The notes: generated from the letters alone by a model not told the origin. A stretch of 64,000 nucleotides of DNA from an uncultured Alphaproteobacteria bacterium (GCA_902602845.1 CACKSN010000003.1:9243-73242); one strand, 5' to 3'; shown: positions 41,995 through 52,320, numbered from the stretch's first letter. Made by a program: numbers and translations.

Positions 41995-43818
41995 TTAGTT
42001 TGATGTTCTATTCGATTGGATTATTTCAAATTTATTCTGATTAATCCACCATGTATCAAAACCTAGAGAATATTTTGGTTTAATTTGTGGTTGATCAAAA
42101 AAATCCCAATACAAAACTCTATATGATGAAATATGCCACTGAGGAATAACATAGTAATTCCATAGAAGAACACGATCAAGAGCTTTGGTTATTGTGATTA
42201 ACTCCTCCCTATCACTAGCATTTATTAGGCTTTCAATTAATCCATCTATAGCATAGTTTTTTATTCCTATTATATTCCGTGACCCATCAGTATCAGCAGC
42301 ATCAGAGCCCCAAAAATTTCTTTGCTCATTACCTGGAGATAATGATTGTCCAAATGTTTGAACAACCATATCAAAATCGAATGTTTCCATTCTTTTTTGA
42401 TATTGTGCACTATCAATTGTTCTTACTTCTGCAATAATTCCTAATTTTTCAAGATTATCTTTAAATGGAAAAACTATTCTCTCGAATGCCGGTGATCGTA
42501 ATAAGATTTCAAACTCAAAAGGTTCTTTTGTGCTAGAGTGTAAAAGTCTACCATCATCCAATTCCCATCCAGATTCTTTTAAAAGTTTTGAAGCTTCTTG
42601 CAATTGCATCCTCATATAACCAGAACCATCTGTAACTGGATTTATATACTCTTCTGTAAATATTTCTTTTGGCAATACATCAAAATATGGATTTAAATAA
42701 TTTAATTCTTCTTTTGAAGGAAGGCCAGAGGAAGCAAGTTCTGAATTCTCAAAAAAACTATCTGTTCTTTTATAAGCATCAAAGAATAAATTTTTATTAG
42801 ACCATTCAAAATCAAAAGCGTAGGAAAGAGCCTTTCTTACTCTTCTATCTTTAAATTTATCTTTTCTAATATTAAAAGCAAAACCCTGCATGCCTTGTGG
42901 ATTTTCGTGATTTATTAATTCTTTTTTAATTAAGCCTTTATTTAAAGCGTTAATATCGTAGGCAGTCGCCCATTCTTTTGATGAATTTTCAGAGAAGAAA
43001 TCAATCTCACCAGATTTAAAAGCTTCTCTTTCAATACCCCTGTCTTTGTAATAATCATATCTGATTGTACCATAGTTATCTTTGCCAATTTTAATTGGTA
43101 TTGATGCACTAAAACCCCAATAATTTTCATCTAATTCGTAAGTAATTGATCTTCCACTATCAAATGATTTAATTTTATAAGGACCACTCCCTATTGGAAT
43201 GTCTAATGTTGTTTCTTCAAAATTTTTATTTTCCCAATAGTGCTTTGGCAATACAGGTAATTGTCCGATAATTAAAACTAATTCTTTATTAGTATTTGTT
43301 TTAAAATTGAATCTTACTTTTAGTTTATTTACTTTTATAACTTCACTAACGTCACCATAATAATATTTATAAAAAGGATGACCTTTTTCCATCAAAGTAT
43401 TGAAAGACCATACCACATCATCAGCAGTTATTTTTTTTCCATCATGCCATACAGCTTCTGATCTAATAGTGAATGCAACCCATGATCTATCATCTGGCCA
43501 TTCAATTTTTTCAGCGAGTAAACCATATTCTGTGAATGCCTCATCACTTGATCCTGTGGTTAAAGTTTCATACAAACCGCTTATTCCTGCTGCAGCTGTT
43601 CCCTTAAGAATAAAAGGATTAAACGAATCATAGGTTCCAATAGCACTTCTAACAATTGAACCTCCCTTTAAATAATTTAAGCCAATGTATTCAACATTTA
43701 TGAAATCTTCTGCATATTTAGGCTCTCCATGCATTGCAATTCCATGAGAAATATTTGTTTTAGAGTATAAATTTTGAGGAATAATTGCCAGAATGCAAAA
43801 GATAATAAATCTAATCAT
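41995..43818 (-). CDS. yejA: Periplasmic substrate-binding protein, SBP family 5
   Basis: 607 aa, signal peptide MIRFIIFCILAIIPQNLYS, family-5 SBP architecture, size like E. coli YejA; heads the yejABEF operon. Confidence 0.75.
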   Translation of the reverse strand: MIRFIIFCILAIIPQNLYSKTNISHGIAMHGEPKYAEDFINVEYIGLNYLKGGSIVRSAIGTYDSFNPFILKGTAAAGISGLYETLTTGSSDEAFTEYGLLAEKIEWPDDRSWVAFTIRSEAVWHDGKKITADDVVWSFNTLMEKGHPFYKYYYGDVSEVIKVNKLKVRFNFKTNTNKELVLIIGQLPVLPKHYWENKNFEETTLDIPIGSGPYKIKSFDSGRSITYELDENYWGFSASIPIKIGKDNYGTIRYDYYKDRGIEREAFKSGEIDFFSENSSKEWATAYDINALNKGLIKKELINHENPQGMQGFAFNIRKDKFKDRRVRKALSYAFDFEWSNKNLFFDAYKRTDSFFENSELASSGLPSKEELNYLNPYFDVLPKEIFTEEYINPVTDGSGYMRMQLQEASKLLKESGWELDDGRLLHSSTKEPFEFEILLRSPAFERIVFPFKDNLEKLGIIAEVRTIDSAQYQKRMETFDFDMVVQTFGQSLSPGNEQRNFWGSDAADTDGSRNIIGIKNYAIDGLIESLINASDREELITITKALDRVLLWNYYVIPQWHISSYRVLYWDFFDQPQIKPKYSLGFDTWWINQNKFEIIQSNRTSN

Positions 43819-43859
43819 AATAATAAATTAATATAATTCTATTTCAAAAAAAAGAAATT

Positions 43860-44636
43860 TTATTTGTGTATTATATTGATAATTTCTTCATGTAAATTGG
43901 CTGAACTTGAAGCTATTAAACTACCATCAGATTTTAAAGATACTGGTTTTCCATATTTATCTGTTATTTTTCCTCCCGCACCTTCAACTATATTTACAAG
44001 AGCCATATAATCGTGTGCCTTTAATGTATCTTCAAAAACAATATCTATTAGACCACTTGATAACATGCCATACATGTAGCAGTCTCCACCTAATCTAAAA
44101 TATTTTACTTTTTCTTTCACAGTTTCAAAACCTTTTCTAAAAAATGGTTCGTGGAAATATATACCTGAGGTAAATAAGTATGAATTTTCAATTTTATTTA
44201 TTCCAGAAGTTGAAACTATTTTTCCATTACATGTAGTTTTTGTATTTTTAATTCCTAGCCATCTTTCATTATGAGCAGGGCAATTAATGATACCAACTAT
44301 CGGTTTATTCTTATGCAACAGAGAAATTAAATTACCAAAATCTTTATGGCCTGCAATAAAACTCCGCGTTCCATCAATTGGATCAATAACCCATATAAAT
44401 TCTGAATCAAGATTTTCATTTTCATATTCCTCACCTAGAATTCCATGATTTGGAAAATTTTTTTTAATTTTATCACGAATTATTTGTTCGGCCTCTTTAT
44501 CAGCAATGGTGACTGGACTTTCATCCTCTTTATTTTCAACTTCAATTTTTTTTCTAAAATATTGCATTGATGTTTTAGATGCTAAATCAGCAAGTAAGTT
44601 TGCAAAATTAACAAACTCATTAATATTAAAATTCAT
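43860..44636 (-). CDS. hisN: Inositol-monophosphatase-fold histidinol-phosphatase (HisN-type candidate)
   Basis: 258 aa, SPVTIADKEAE, GEE, WVIDPIDGTRSF, ERWLG, GGDCY; pattern resembles HisN more than SuhB. Confidence 0.6.
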   Translation of the reverse strand: MNFNINEFVNFANLLADLASKTSMQYFRKKIEVENKEDESPVTIADKEAEQIIRDKIKKNFPNHGILGEEYENENLDSEFIWVIDPIDGTRSFIAGHKDFGNLISLLHKNKPIVGIINCPAHNERWLGIKNTKTTCNGKIVSTSGINKIENSYLFTSGIYFHEPFFRKGFETVKEKVKYFRLGGDCYMYGMLSSGLIDIVFEDTLKAHDYMALVNIVEGAGGKITDKYGKPVSLKSDGSLIASSSANLHEEIINIIHK

Positions 44637-44641
44637 TTTAA

Positions 44642-45226
44642 TTAAGGAAGAGGAACTGGACTATCAGATTGAGCTCTTAAAAAATAGACAATATCTGCGC
44701 GATCCTTTACTTTTTTAAGACCCGCAAAATTCATTTTTGTTCCTTTAATATATTTTTTTGGTTTATATAAAAATTCTGCTAATTCTTCATAGCCCCATTT
44801 GCCACCATATTCCGCTAGAGCATTAGAATAAGCAAAGCCATCAACACTAGCCAAAGGTCTATTTATCAAATTCCATAGTTGAGGACCAACTTTATTTGCA
44901 CTACCTTTTTCATAATTATGGCAAGTTGCACATTTCTTGAATAATTTTTCTCCATTTTCCAGTGATGCACTTGCAAGAAGAGCTGAAATGGGCTCAATTA
45001 TCTCCTCCTTTTTTACTATAGAGCTTTCTGTGGATGTGTCTTCATCAACATCTATTTTATATGCAGTTTCTTTTTGATCGTGATGTTCTGTATCAATAAT
45101 TAAATCACCAAAATGACCAATAAGTGTAACAATCAAAACAGCGAATATTATAGATGCTAATATTTTGTTAACTTCGAGGCCAGACATGTATAAACGTATA
45201 TACAGATTTTTTTTATGAAAGAACAC
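44642..45226 (-). CDS. Membrane-anchored class I (mitochondrial-type) cytochrome c
   Basis: Haem site CATCH, GPQLWN, GTKMNFAGLKK...DRADIVYFL, one N-terminal TM helix. Likely true start is the MSGLEVNK Met at 45187. Confidence 0.8.
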   Translation of the reverse strand: MFFHKKNLYIRLYMSGLEVNKILASIIFAVLIVTLIGHFGDLIIDTEHHDQKETAYKIDVDEDTSTESSIVKKEEIIEPISALLASASLENGEKLFKKCATCHNYEKGSANKVGPQLWNLINRPLASVDGFAYSNALAEYGGKWGYEELAEFLYKPKKYIKGTKMNFAGLKKVKDRADIVYFLRAQSDSPVPLP

Positions 45227-45277
45227 ACTTCTAATGATTGCTAATTTTAAAACCCAAAGCCTAATTGTCGCATAATA

Positions 45278-46012
45278 ATGAAATCTATCATCATAATACC
45301 CTCAAGAATGGCATCAACACGTTTTCCAGGAAAGCCAATGGCAAAATTGGATGGAACTCCAATGATACAAAGAGTTTGGGAAAAGGCAATTAATTCAAAT
45401 GTTGGAGATGTAATTGTAGCTTGTTCAGAAGAAGAAGTTTTTAATCATATAGTAAATTTAGGTGGAACAGCAATTCTAACTGATCCAAATTTAGCATCAG
45501 GTACAGACCGTATTTATTCTGCACTTATCAAATATAAAAATAGTTTAGAATACGATTGTATTATAAATCTCCAGGGTGACATGCCATTAATAGAGTCTGC
45601 TCAAATCAAGACAGTTTTAGAACCTATTAAAAACAACTATCCAATTGGTACTTTAGCTACAAATTTATATGAAAATGAAAAGCTAAACACAAATATTACT
45701 AAAGTATTGGTAGATTGGAAGAGTAATAATATTGGTAAAGCAATTGAGTTTTTTAGATCAAAAAAAGAAATTAATAAAAATTCTTTCCATCATGTTGGAA
45801 TTTATAGTTTTACTCAAGAATCTCTAATAAATTTTATAAAATTACCAAAATCAAAAAATGAAATTTCACTAAATCTTGAACAATACAGGGCTATGGATGC
45901 AGGCATAGATATTGGTGTAAGTTTTGTAAAAAATATTCCTTTAAGTATAGATACAAAAGAAGATTTGATTACTGCTGAAAGTATTATAAGAGCAAACCAT
46001 GAAAAAAATTAA
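45278..46012 (+). CDS. kdsB: 3-deoxy-manno-octulosonate cytidylyltransferase (CMP-Kdo synthetase)
   Basis: 244 aa, IIPSRMASTRFPGKP, GTDR, NLQGDMPL. Confidence 0.9.
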   Translation: MKSIIIIPSRMASTRFPGKPMAKLDGTPMIQRVWEKAINSNVGDVIVACSEEEVFNHIVNLGGTAILTDPNLASGTDRIYSALIKYKNSLEYDCIINLQGDMPLIESAQIKTVLEPIKNNYPIGTLATNLYENEKLNTNITKVLVDWKSNNIGKAIEFFRSKKEINKNSFHHVGIYSFTQESLINFIKLPKSKNEISLNLEQYRAMDAGIDIGVSFVKNIPLSIDTKEDLITAESIIRANHEKN

Positions 46013-46841
46013 ATCATTTTCCTTTCAAGGGGTAAAAGGAGCATACAGTGAGCTAGCTGGAAAAAAATTATATCCTGAGGCAAGTAGTTTACCATGTGCA
46101 ACTTTTGAAGAAATGTTTGAACAAGTTAGAAAAAGTAGAGTAGATGCTGCAATGGTTCCGATAGAGAACTCTCTAGCCGGAAGAGTTGCCGATACCCAAA
46201 GGCTCATACCTGAATCAAATTTAAAAATAACATCAGAATATTTTTTAGAAATTAATCATAATTTAATGTCTATAAAAGGAGCAGATATATCTGATATTAA
46301 AAGAGTTCATAGTCATGAGCAAGGTATTGCTCAATGTAGAAATAAAATTATCGATTTAAATAAAGAAATGATAGTTGAGGCAGATACTGCTGGTTCAGCA
46401 AAAATGGTATCTGATTTAAATAATAAAGAAGATGCTGCAATAGCATCAGAATTAGCTGCTGAAATATATAATTTAAAAATACTTAAAAAAAATTTCCAAG
46501 ATTCAAGTCACAATGTTACGAGATTTTTAGTGATGCAAAGAGAGTTGATAAAAATTGATATAAATTCTTCCCAAATCTTAACAACTCTTGTGTTTAATGT
46601 AAGAAGTATACCAGCAGCTTTGTATAAATGTTTAGGAGGTTTTGCTAGTAATGGTGTAAATATAACTAAGCTAGAAAGCTATGTTCATCCACAAGGATTT
46701 GATGTTGCACAATTTTACATAGATTTTGAGGGACATCCAGATAATCCCTCAGTTAAACTTGCTCTTGAAGAAATGAAGTTTTTTTGCAAACACTTAAAAA
46801 TCCTAGGTGTTTATGAGAAATCAAACTTTAGAAAAAAATAG
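45999..46841 (+). CDS. pheA: Prephenate dehydratase (PDT + ACT domains)
   Basis: 280 aa, FQGVKGAYSE, PIENSLAGRV, NVTRFLVM, C-terminal ACT-like region. Confidence 0.88.
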   Translation: MKKIKSFSFQGVKGAYSELAGKKLYPEASSLPCATFEEMFEQVRKSRVDAAMVPIENSLAGRVADTQRLIPESNLKITSEYFLEINHNLMSIKGADISDIKRVHSHEQGIAQCRNKIIDLNKEMIVEADTAGSAKMVSDLNNKEDAAIASELAAEIYNLKILKKNFQDSSHNVTRFLVMQRELIKIDINSSQILTTLVFNVRSIPAALYKCLGGFASNGVNITKLESYVHPQGFDVAQFYIDFEGHPDNPSVKLALEEMKFFCKHLKILGVYEKSNFRKK

Positions 46842-46860
46842 TTAAATTATAAAAGTCTAT

Positions 46861-46889
46861 TTAAGATTTTCATACAATAATGCTATATT
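46861..46889 (+). promoter_or_regulatory. Candidate promoter of the SRP RNA gene
   Basis: TTAAGA (46861..46866) - 17 nt - TATATT (46884..46889). This places a start about 7 nt downstream, at the first G of the terminal helix (46896). Confidence 0.35.
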
Positions 46890-46893
46890 AGGA

Positions 46894-46985
46894 GAGGGAG
46901 GTTAAAGGGCAAATATATTGCTAATCCAGTCAGGTCTGAAAAGAAGCAGCTGTAACAATGTTATTTGGGTCTCTTAACCTTCCAA
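46894..46985 (+). ncRNA. ffs: Small (4.5S-type) signal recognition particle RNA
   Basis: Terminal helix GGGAGGTTAA (46896..46905) / TTAACCTTCC (46974..46983). Domain IV core CCAGTCAGGTCT-GAAA-AGAAGCAGC matches the conserved CAGGUCC-GGAA-GGAAGCAGC with a GNRA loop. ffs-dnaX synteny. Ends approximate. Confidence 0.8.
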
Positions 46986-46992
46986 AAATATT

Positions 46993-48669
46993 ATGAATGA
47001 AATTAAAGAATATAAAGTATTAGCAAGAAAATATAGACCACAAAAATTTCAAGATTTAGTTGGACAAGATTTACTTGTAGAAATCATTACTAATGCAATT
47101 AATAACAATAAATTAGCACATGCATATATTCTTACAGGTGTTAGAGGAGTGGGCAAAACAACTACCGCTAGATTGATAGCAATGAGCATTAATTGCCAAA
47201 ATAGAAAAGAAAATAACTGTGAGCCATGTGGTGATTGTGATTCATGTAAGTCTACAGTAGTAGACAGCAATTTGGATGTTATTGAAATGGATGCTGCATC
47301 AAATACTGGAGTAGATGATGTAAGAGAGATTATTGATAATGTAAAATATAAACCAGTTATAGGAAAATATAAAATTTTTATCATTGATGAAGTTCATATG
47401 CTTTCTAAAAGTGCGTTTAATGCACTTCTTAAAACTTTAGAAGAACCTCCAGAACATGTTAAGTTTATATTTGCTACAACCGAAGTAAAGAAAATACCAA
47501 TTACAGTATTATCTAGATGTCAGCGATTTGATTTACTTAGAATAGAAAAAGAAATTTTAACAACACATTTATTAGACATTGTTTCTAAAGAAAAAATTGA
47601 TATTGATAAAGATGCCATAGCGTTAATAGTAAGGGCTGCGGATGGTTCAATTAGAGATGGGCTAAGCCTGCTTGATCAAGCTATTACTAACCAAAATGTA
47701 AAAATTGACTCTGCTTCGGTTACTAAAATGCTTGGGTTAGCAGATAGAGAAAAAATTTTTTATTTATTAGAAAAAATTTTGGAGGGTAATACCTCAGAGT
47801 CTCTAGATCAGTTTAGAAAATTATATAATTTAGGTGCAGATGTAATTATGATTTTTGATGAACTAATTAATGTTGTACATTTTTTAACACAACTAAAAAT
47901 TGCCCCAAATTTAAAAGATGACATTTACATACCTGAGCTTGAAAGAATGAAAGGATTAGAGTTATCAAACAAATTAAGTTTAAATAATTTAAATATTATT
48001 TGGCAGATACTTTTCAAAGGATATCAAGAACTTCAAACCTCTTTCCATCTTTTTCAGCATGGTGAAATGCTTATTTTGAGAATAATATACTTATATGATG
48101 GATCAACACCTGATGATCTATTAAATAAAATCAATGAAAAAGATGATCAGTTCAGTAATGAAACAAATATTCAAAATAAAAAATCAGTAAATAACGATAA
48201 TAGTAAAATATTAAATTTCAAAGATGAAATATCTAAACCTCAATCTAATAATGTTATTAATATTAGAGATTTTAGACATTTTGTAGATATGTTCTTTAAA
48301 AATAGAGAAGGATTGCTTCATACAAAGTTATATAACGATGTTACATTGATAACTTTCAAAGATGGAGAAGTGGTACTGAATACTGGCAAGATTAACGACC
48401 AATCTTTTAATAGAACTGTAGCAAAATTAATTTCAACATGGACAGGTAGGGTCTGGCAAGTAAAGTCTTCAACAAGCAATCTTGGTAAAAGTTTATATGA
48501 AGAAGATATTATTAATCAGCAAAATGAAATTGAGCTTATGAAAAATAATATAGAAGTAAAAAAAATACTTCAAGAATTTCCTGGAAGCAGAATTCATTCA
48601 ATAACAGAACTATCTGAAGTCAATTCTAGTGATGAAAGTAAAAAACTTAATATCAAAAAGGAGAAATAA
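46993..48669 (+). CDS. dnaX: DNA polymerase III subunit tau (gamma/tau)
   Basis: 558 aa, YRPQKFQDLVGQ, Walker A GVRGVGKTT, zinc module CEPCGDCDSC, DEVHML, SRCQRF. Confidence 0.93.
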   Translation: MNEIKEYKVLARKYRPQKFQDLVGQDLLVEIITNAINNNKLAHAYILTGVRGVGKTTTARLIAMSINCQNRKENNCEPCGDCDSCKSTVVDSNLDVIEMDAASNTGVDDVREIIDNVKYKPVIGKYKIFIIDEVHMLSKSAFNALLKTLEEPPEHVKFIFATTEVKKIPITVLSRCQRFDLLRIEKEILTTHLLDIVSKEKIDIDKDAIALIVRAADGSIRDGLSLLDQAITNQNVKIDSASVTKMLGLADREKIFYLLEKILEGNTSESLDQFRKLYNLGADVIMIFDELINVVHFLTQLKIAPNLKDDIYIPELERMKGLELSNKLSLNNLNIIWQILFKGYQELQTSFHLFQHGEMLILRIIYLYDGSTPDDLLNKINEKDDQFSNETNIQNKKSVNNDNSKILNFKDEISKPQSNNVINIRDFRHFVDMFFKNREGLLHTKLYNDVTLITFKDGEVVLNTGKINDQSFNRTVAKLISTWTGRVWQVKSSTSNLGKSLYEEDIINQQNEIELMKNNIEVKKILQEFPGSRIHSITELSEVNSSDESKKLNIKKEK

Positions 48670-48992
48670 TGGTTAATTTGGGAAATATGATGAAACAAGC
48701 ACAGCAATTACAAAAAAAAATGGCTGAAGCTCAAGATAAACTTAATGATATCGAAGTTGAGGGAACTTCTGGTGGAGGATTAGTTAAAGTTACTGCAACA
48801 GCTAAGGGAGCTTTTAAGCGAATTTTGATTGATGACAGTTTAATTAAGGCTGATGAAAAAGAAATATTGGAGGACTTAATAGTAGCGGCAATAAATGATG
48901 CAAAACAAAAAGGAGAGAATGCAGCTCAAGAAGCTATGAAATCTCTTACTGGCGGCTTACCTTTACCTCCTGGAATGAAACTACCTTTTTAA
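48669..48992 (+). CDS. ybaB: Nucleoid-associated protein YbaB/EbfC
   Basis: 107 aa, MMKQAQQLQKKM, GGGLVKVT; dnaX-ybaB-recR synteny. Confidence 0.9.
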   Translation: MVNLGNMMKQAQQLQKKMAEAQDKLNDIEVEGTSGGGLVKVTATAKGAFKRILIDDSLIKADEKEILEDLIVAAINDAKQKGENAAQEAMKSLTGGLPLPPGMKLPF

Positions 48993-48994
48993 AT

Positions 48995-49594
48995 ATGGAG
49001 AAATCTCCAATTGATAAATTGATAAATGATATTTCTAAACTTCCAGGTTTAGGAAGAAGATCTGCTGAAAGAATAGCTTTATTTTTATTAAAAAATAAAA
49101 ATAAATTACTTTTACCCTTAGTAGAAACATTGAATCAATCATATGAAAAAATTATTGAATGTAGTAACTGCGGTAATTTAGATATGCAAAATCCTTGTAA
49201 CATTTGTAGAAATGTAAATAGAGATACCACTACTATATGTATTGTTGAAGATGTTTCAGATTTATGGACATTTGAAAAAGTAGGTTTTTATAGGGGACTG
49301 TATCACGTTTTAGGAGGCTCTTTATCAGCTATTCAAGGAATAGGTACAGATGAATTAAAAATCCAAAATCTATTAAATAGAATAGATAACAAAAATATTA
49401 AGGAAATCATCTTAGCTTTAAGTACAACTATTGAAGGTCAAACAACCTCTTTTGTGATCGCTGATAAATTAGAACAATTTGGGCATATAAACGTGACAAA
49501 ATTAGCCCAAGGTGTGCCTATGGGTGGAGAAGTACATTACTTAGATGAAAACACACTAAATACTGCATTCCAATCAAGAAAAAAAATTACATAA
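48995..49594 (+). CDS. recR: Recombination protein RecR
   Basis: 199 aa, HhH LPGLGRRSAERI, zinc finger CSNCGN..CNIC, Toprim ICIVEDVSD. Confidence 0.93.
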   Translation: MEKSPIDKLINDISKLPGLGRRSAERIALFLLKNKNKLLLPLVETLNQSYEKIIECSNCGNLDMQNPCNICRNVNRDTTTICIVEDVSDLWTFEKVGFYRGLYHVLGGSLSAIQGIGTDELKIQNLLNRIDNKNIKEIILALSTTIEGQTTSFVIADKLEQFGHINVTKLAQGVPMGGEVHYLDENTLNTAFQSRKKIT

Positions 49595-49600
49595 ATACAA

Positions 49601-50110
49601 ATGGATAAATTACTTTACGTCCCAAATCCACTATTACGTCAAAAAGCGTATAAAATTCAATCTGTTGGATCAAAGGAAAAAGAAATTGCGAAAAACATGA
49701 TGCAAATAATGATAAAAGCACCAGGTGTAGGTCTAGCAGCAAATCAAATTGGAATTCTAAAACAAATTGTGACTATATTTTTTGTAGATCAAGAGACTAA
49801 AAAAGAAACACAATATACATTATTTAACCCAATTATTGTTTCATACTCTCAAGAAAAAATTGTTATGGAAGAGGGTTGTTTATCTCTTCCTGAACAATTT
49901 GCTGAAATTGAGAGACCTCAAAATATAGTGGTCGAGTACATAGATGAAAATAACAAAAAAATAACAAAAGAAGTTAGTGGAGTGGAATCAAGAATTTTAC
50001 AACATGAAATTGATCATCTCTCTGGAAAGTTATTTGTTGATTATCTTTCTGCATTAAAAAGGAATATAATGATTAAAAAAGTACAAAAATTTTTAAAAAA
50101 CAAAAAATAA
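49601..50110 (+). CDS. def: Peptide deformylase
   Basis: 169 aa, GVGLAANQIG, EGCLS, HEIDHL. Confidence 0.93.
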   Translation: MDKLLYVPNPLLRQKAYKIQSVGSKEKEIAKNMMQIMIKAPGVGLAANQIGILKQIVTIFFVDQETKKETQYTLFNPIIVSYSQEKIVMEEGCLSLPEQFAEIERPQNIVVEYIDENNKKITKEVSGVESRILQHEIDHLSGKLFVDYLSALKRNIMIKKVQKFLKNKK

Positions 50111-51033
50111 TGAATAATAAAAAAATAATTTTTATGGGTTCGCCTAAAATAGCCTCTGACTATCTTGAGGCTTTAATTAAAAATAATTTCATAATTTCTG
50201 CAGTATTTTCGCAACCCCCAAAAAAGAAATCTAGAGGAATGAAAATAATTGAATCTGAAGTCCATCAACTTGCAAGTAAGAACAAAATTGAGGTTTTTTG
50301 TCCAAATACGTTTGATAAAGATACTATTGAGACAGTGAAAAAATTAAATCCTGATTTAATTATTGTCATGGCATACGGTAAAATATTGCCAAAAGATATT
50401 TTAGATTTACCACCATTTGGTTGTATCAATGTCCATGTCTCTTTGTTGCCTAGATGGAGGGGCGCAGCCCCAATAGAGTATTCTTTAATGAATGGCGATA
50501 AAGAGACTGGTATATCAATAATACAGCTAATCCCAAAATTAGATGCTGGACCAATTATTAATCAAAAAAAAGTAGTTATAGAAGACGGTTGTAATAAAAA
50601 TGAATTAAGTCAAAAATTAACAGAGGTTGGAATCAAATTATTAGTGGAAACTATTCCTCTTATATTTGATAAAAAAATTTCTTATTCTGATCAGGATGAT
50701 AATGATGCAACATATGCGAATAAAATTTCTCCACTAAACAGAAAAATTAATTTTGATAAATCTGTAAATGAAGTTTTAAATCATATAAGAGCACATTCTC
50801 CTAAACCTGGTGCTTGGTTTACTATACAGAATGAAAGAATTAAGATCATTAAAGCAAGAAAATCAAACTCTAACGGTAATGCATCGACAATTCTTAATGA
50901 GACCTTTGATATTGGATGCAATGATGGAAGTATTGAGCCACTAATTTTACAAAGAGAAGGCAAAAATGCTATTTCTAAAGATGATTTTCTTCGAGGTTAT
51001 AGCTTTAAGATTAATGATATAATAAATGCCTAA
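50110..51033 (+). CDS. fmt: Methionyl-tRNA formyltransferase
   Basis: 307 aa, NVHVSLLPRWRGAAPI, def-fmt synteny. Confidence 0.92.
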   Translation: MNNKKIIFMGSPKIASDYLEALIKNNFIISAVFSQPPKKKSRGMKIIESEVHQLASKNKIEVFCPNTFDKDTIETVKKLNPDLIIVMAYGKILPKDILDLPPFGCINVHVSLLPRWRGAAPIEYSLMNGDKETGISIIQLIPKLDAGPIINQKKVVIEDGCNKNELSQKLTEVGIKLLVETIPLIFDKKISYSDQDDNDATYANKISPLNRKINFDKSVNEVLNHIRAHSPKPGAWFTIQNERIKIIKARKSNSNGNASTILNETFDIGCNDGSIEPLILQREGKNAISKDDFLRGYSFKINDIINA

Positions 51034-51760
51034 CTACAAGATAATATTAGAATATGACGGGACTAATTATGTTGGTTGGCAACGTCAAGAAAATGGTCTT
51101 TCCGTTCAGCAACTGGTTGAAGAGGCAATAGAAAAACTATCAAAACAAAAAATAACACTTTTTGGTGCTGGTCGAACAGATGCAGGGGTTCATGCAAGAG
51201 GACAGGTAGCTAATTTTGAATTAAATCAACATTTTGATACTGATACTATTAGAGATGGCATTAATCATTATTTAAGACCCCAACCCATATCTATTTTACA
51301 TGCTGAAGAAGTAGATAAAGATTTTAATTCTAGATTTTCAGCAAAATTGAGATGGTATGAGTACAAGATCTTAAATAGAAGATCACCAATTACTTTAGAG
51401 CAAAATAAAGTTTGGTGTGTACATAAAAAAATAGATGCTGAAAAAATAATAAAACAATCACAACAATTTATAGGAAAATTTGATTTGTCTGCTTTTAGGT
51501 CAATAAATTGCCAATCGAAATCACCAATTAAATCTATTAATTCACTGGATATAAATTTTAATCATGATGAAATAAATTTTTTAATATCAGCTAAATCCTT
51601 TTTACATTCTCAAGTTAGAATCATGGTCGGTACACTGGTTGATATAGGGCTTAGTAAAATAGAAAAATCTATTTCAGAAATTATTCAATCAAAAAAAAGA
51701 GATTTTGCTGGAGTTACTGCGCCACCTGAAGGATTGTATTTATTGAAAATAGATTATTAA
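51026..51760 (+). CDS. truA: tRNA pseudouridine(38-40) synthase
   Basis: 244 aa, YDGTNYVGWQRQ, catalytic GAGRTDAGVHA. Confidence 0.92.
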   Translation: MPNYKIILEYDGTNYVGWQRQENGLSVQQLVEEAIEKLSKQKITLFGAGRTDAGVHARGQVANFELNQHFDTDTIRDGINHYLRPQPISILHAEEVDKDFNSRFSAKLRWYEYKILNRRSPITLEQNKVWCVHKKIDAEKIIKQSQQFIGKFDLSAFRSINCQSKSPIKSINSLDINFNHDEINFLISAKSFLHSQVRIMVGTLVDIGLSKIEKSISEIIQSKKRDFAGVTAPPEGLYLLKIDY

Positions 51761-52320
51761 TAAAAACCAATCTCTGATAAACAAATATCTGCTTGAAAAT
51801 CTTTAAATCCAGCAACCAGTCCTAACGTCTTGATATTCTGACCAACTAATTTTTTTGGTTGATATGCATTTGATTTTTTAAATTCACTAAAGGGTGCTTT
51901 TATTACTGTCCACTCGGAATTAGTTTTAAAACTATATTTGTAATATTGCCATGGAGCCATCGTCAGAGCAGTTCTTACATGAATTGAATACTCTTCATTA
52001 TTACCAAATACTTTAAAATAAACACCCTCAAACTCTTCTGTTGATATTGAAGGTTTTAATTGATTTCTAATTTGAATAAAGCCACCATTATTTTCTGTAG
52101 TTACATCTCCTGTCATATGATAACAATTAATATCATTAACTTTTGATATGATCGCTTTACCCTCGGATAATCCACCCATTACTCCGTCAGTAAAGAAAGA
52201 CCAATTTTGACCTTGAGAAGAAATTCCAGGTGTTTCTAAATTATCAAGTATCATTTTATTCTGAGATTGAAGATTGAATGAAAAAAATAAAATTAAAACA
52301 AAAATTATTAAACTTTTCAA
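51757..52320 (-). CDS. Secreted CIA30 (complex I intermediate-associated protein 30)-domain protein
   Basis: 187 aa, signal peptide MKSLIIFVLILFFSFNLQS, W..FTDGVMGGLS and NNGGFIQIR motifs as in the CIA30/NDUFAF1 domain. Confidence 0.55.
   Translation of the reverse strand: MKSLIIFVLILFFSFNLQSQNKMILDNLETPGISSQGQNWSFFTDGVMGGLSEGKAIISKVNDINCYHMTGDVTTENNGGFIQIRNQLKPSISTEEFEGVYFKVFGNNEEYSIHVRTALTMAPWQYYKYSFKTNSEWTVIKAPFSEFKKSNAYQPKKLVGQNIKTLGLVAGFKDFQADICLSEIGFY

Noticed and set aside
46685-46693. DnaA-box-like 9-mer TCATCCACA.
   Set aside because: It is a single 8/9 match inside the pheA coding sequence, with no cluster and no AT-rich unwinding context beyond the genomic background.
48175-48194. 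Possible dnaX -1 frameshift site: AAT AAA AAA TCA at about codon 395. The -1 frame reads ATC AGT AAA TAA, which would give a gamma-like truncated product at the position expected from E. coli.
   Set aside because: The heptamer is T AAA AAA, not a canonical X XXY YYZ site, and I see no downstream stem-loop or upstream SD-like stimulator. A6 runs are abundant in this AT-rich genome. The one alphaproteobacterium I recall being studied for this (Caulobacter) makes gamma by proteolysis. It is unsupported without proteomics.
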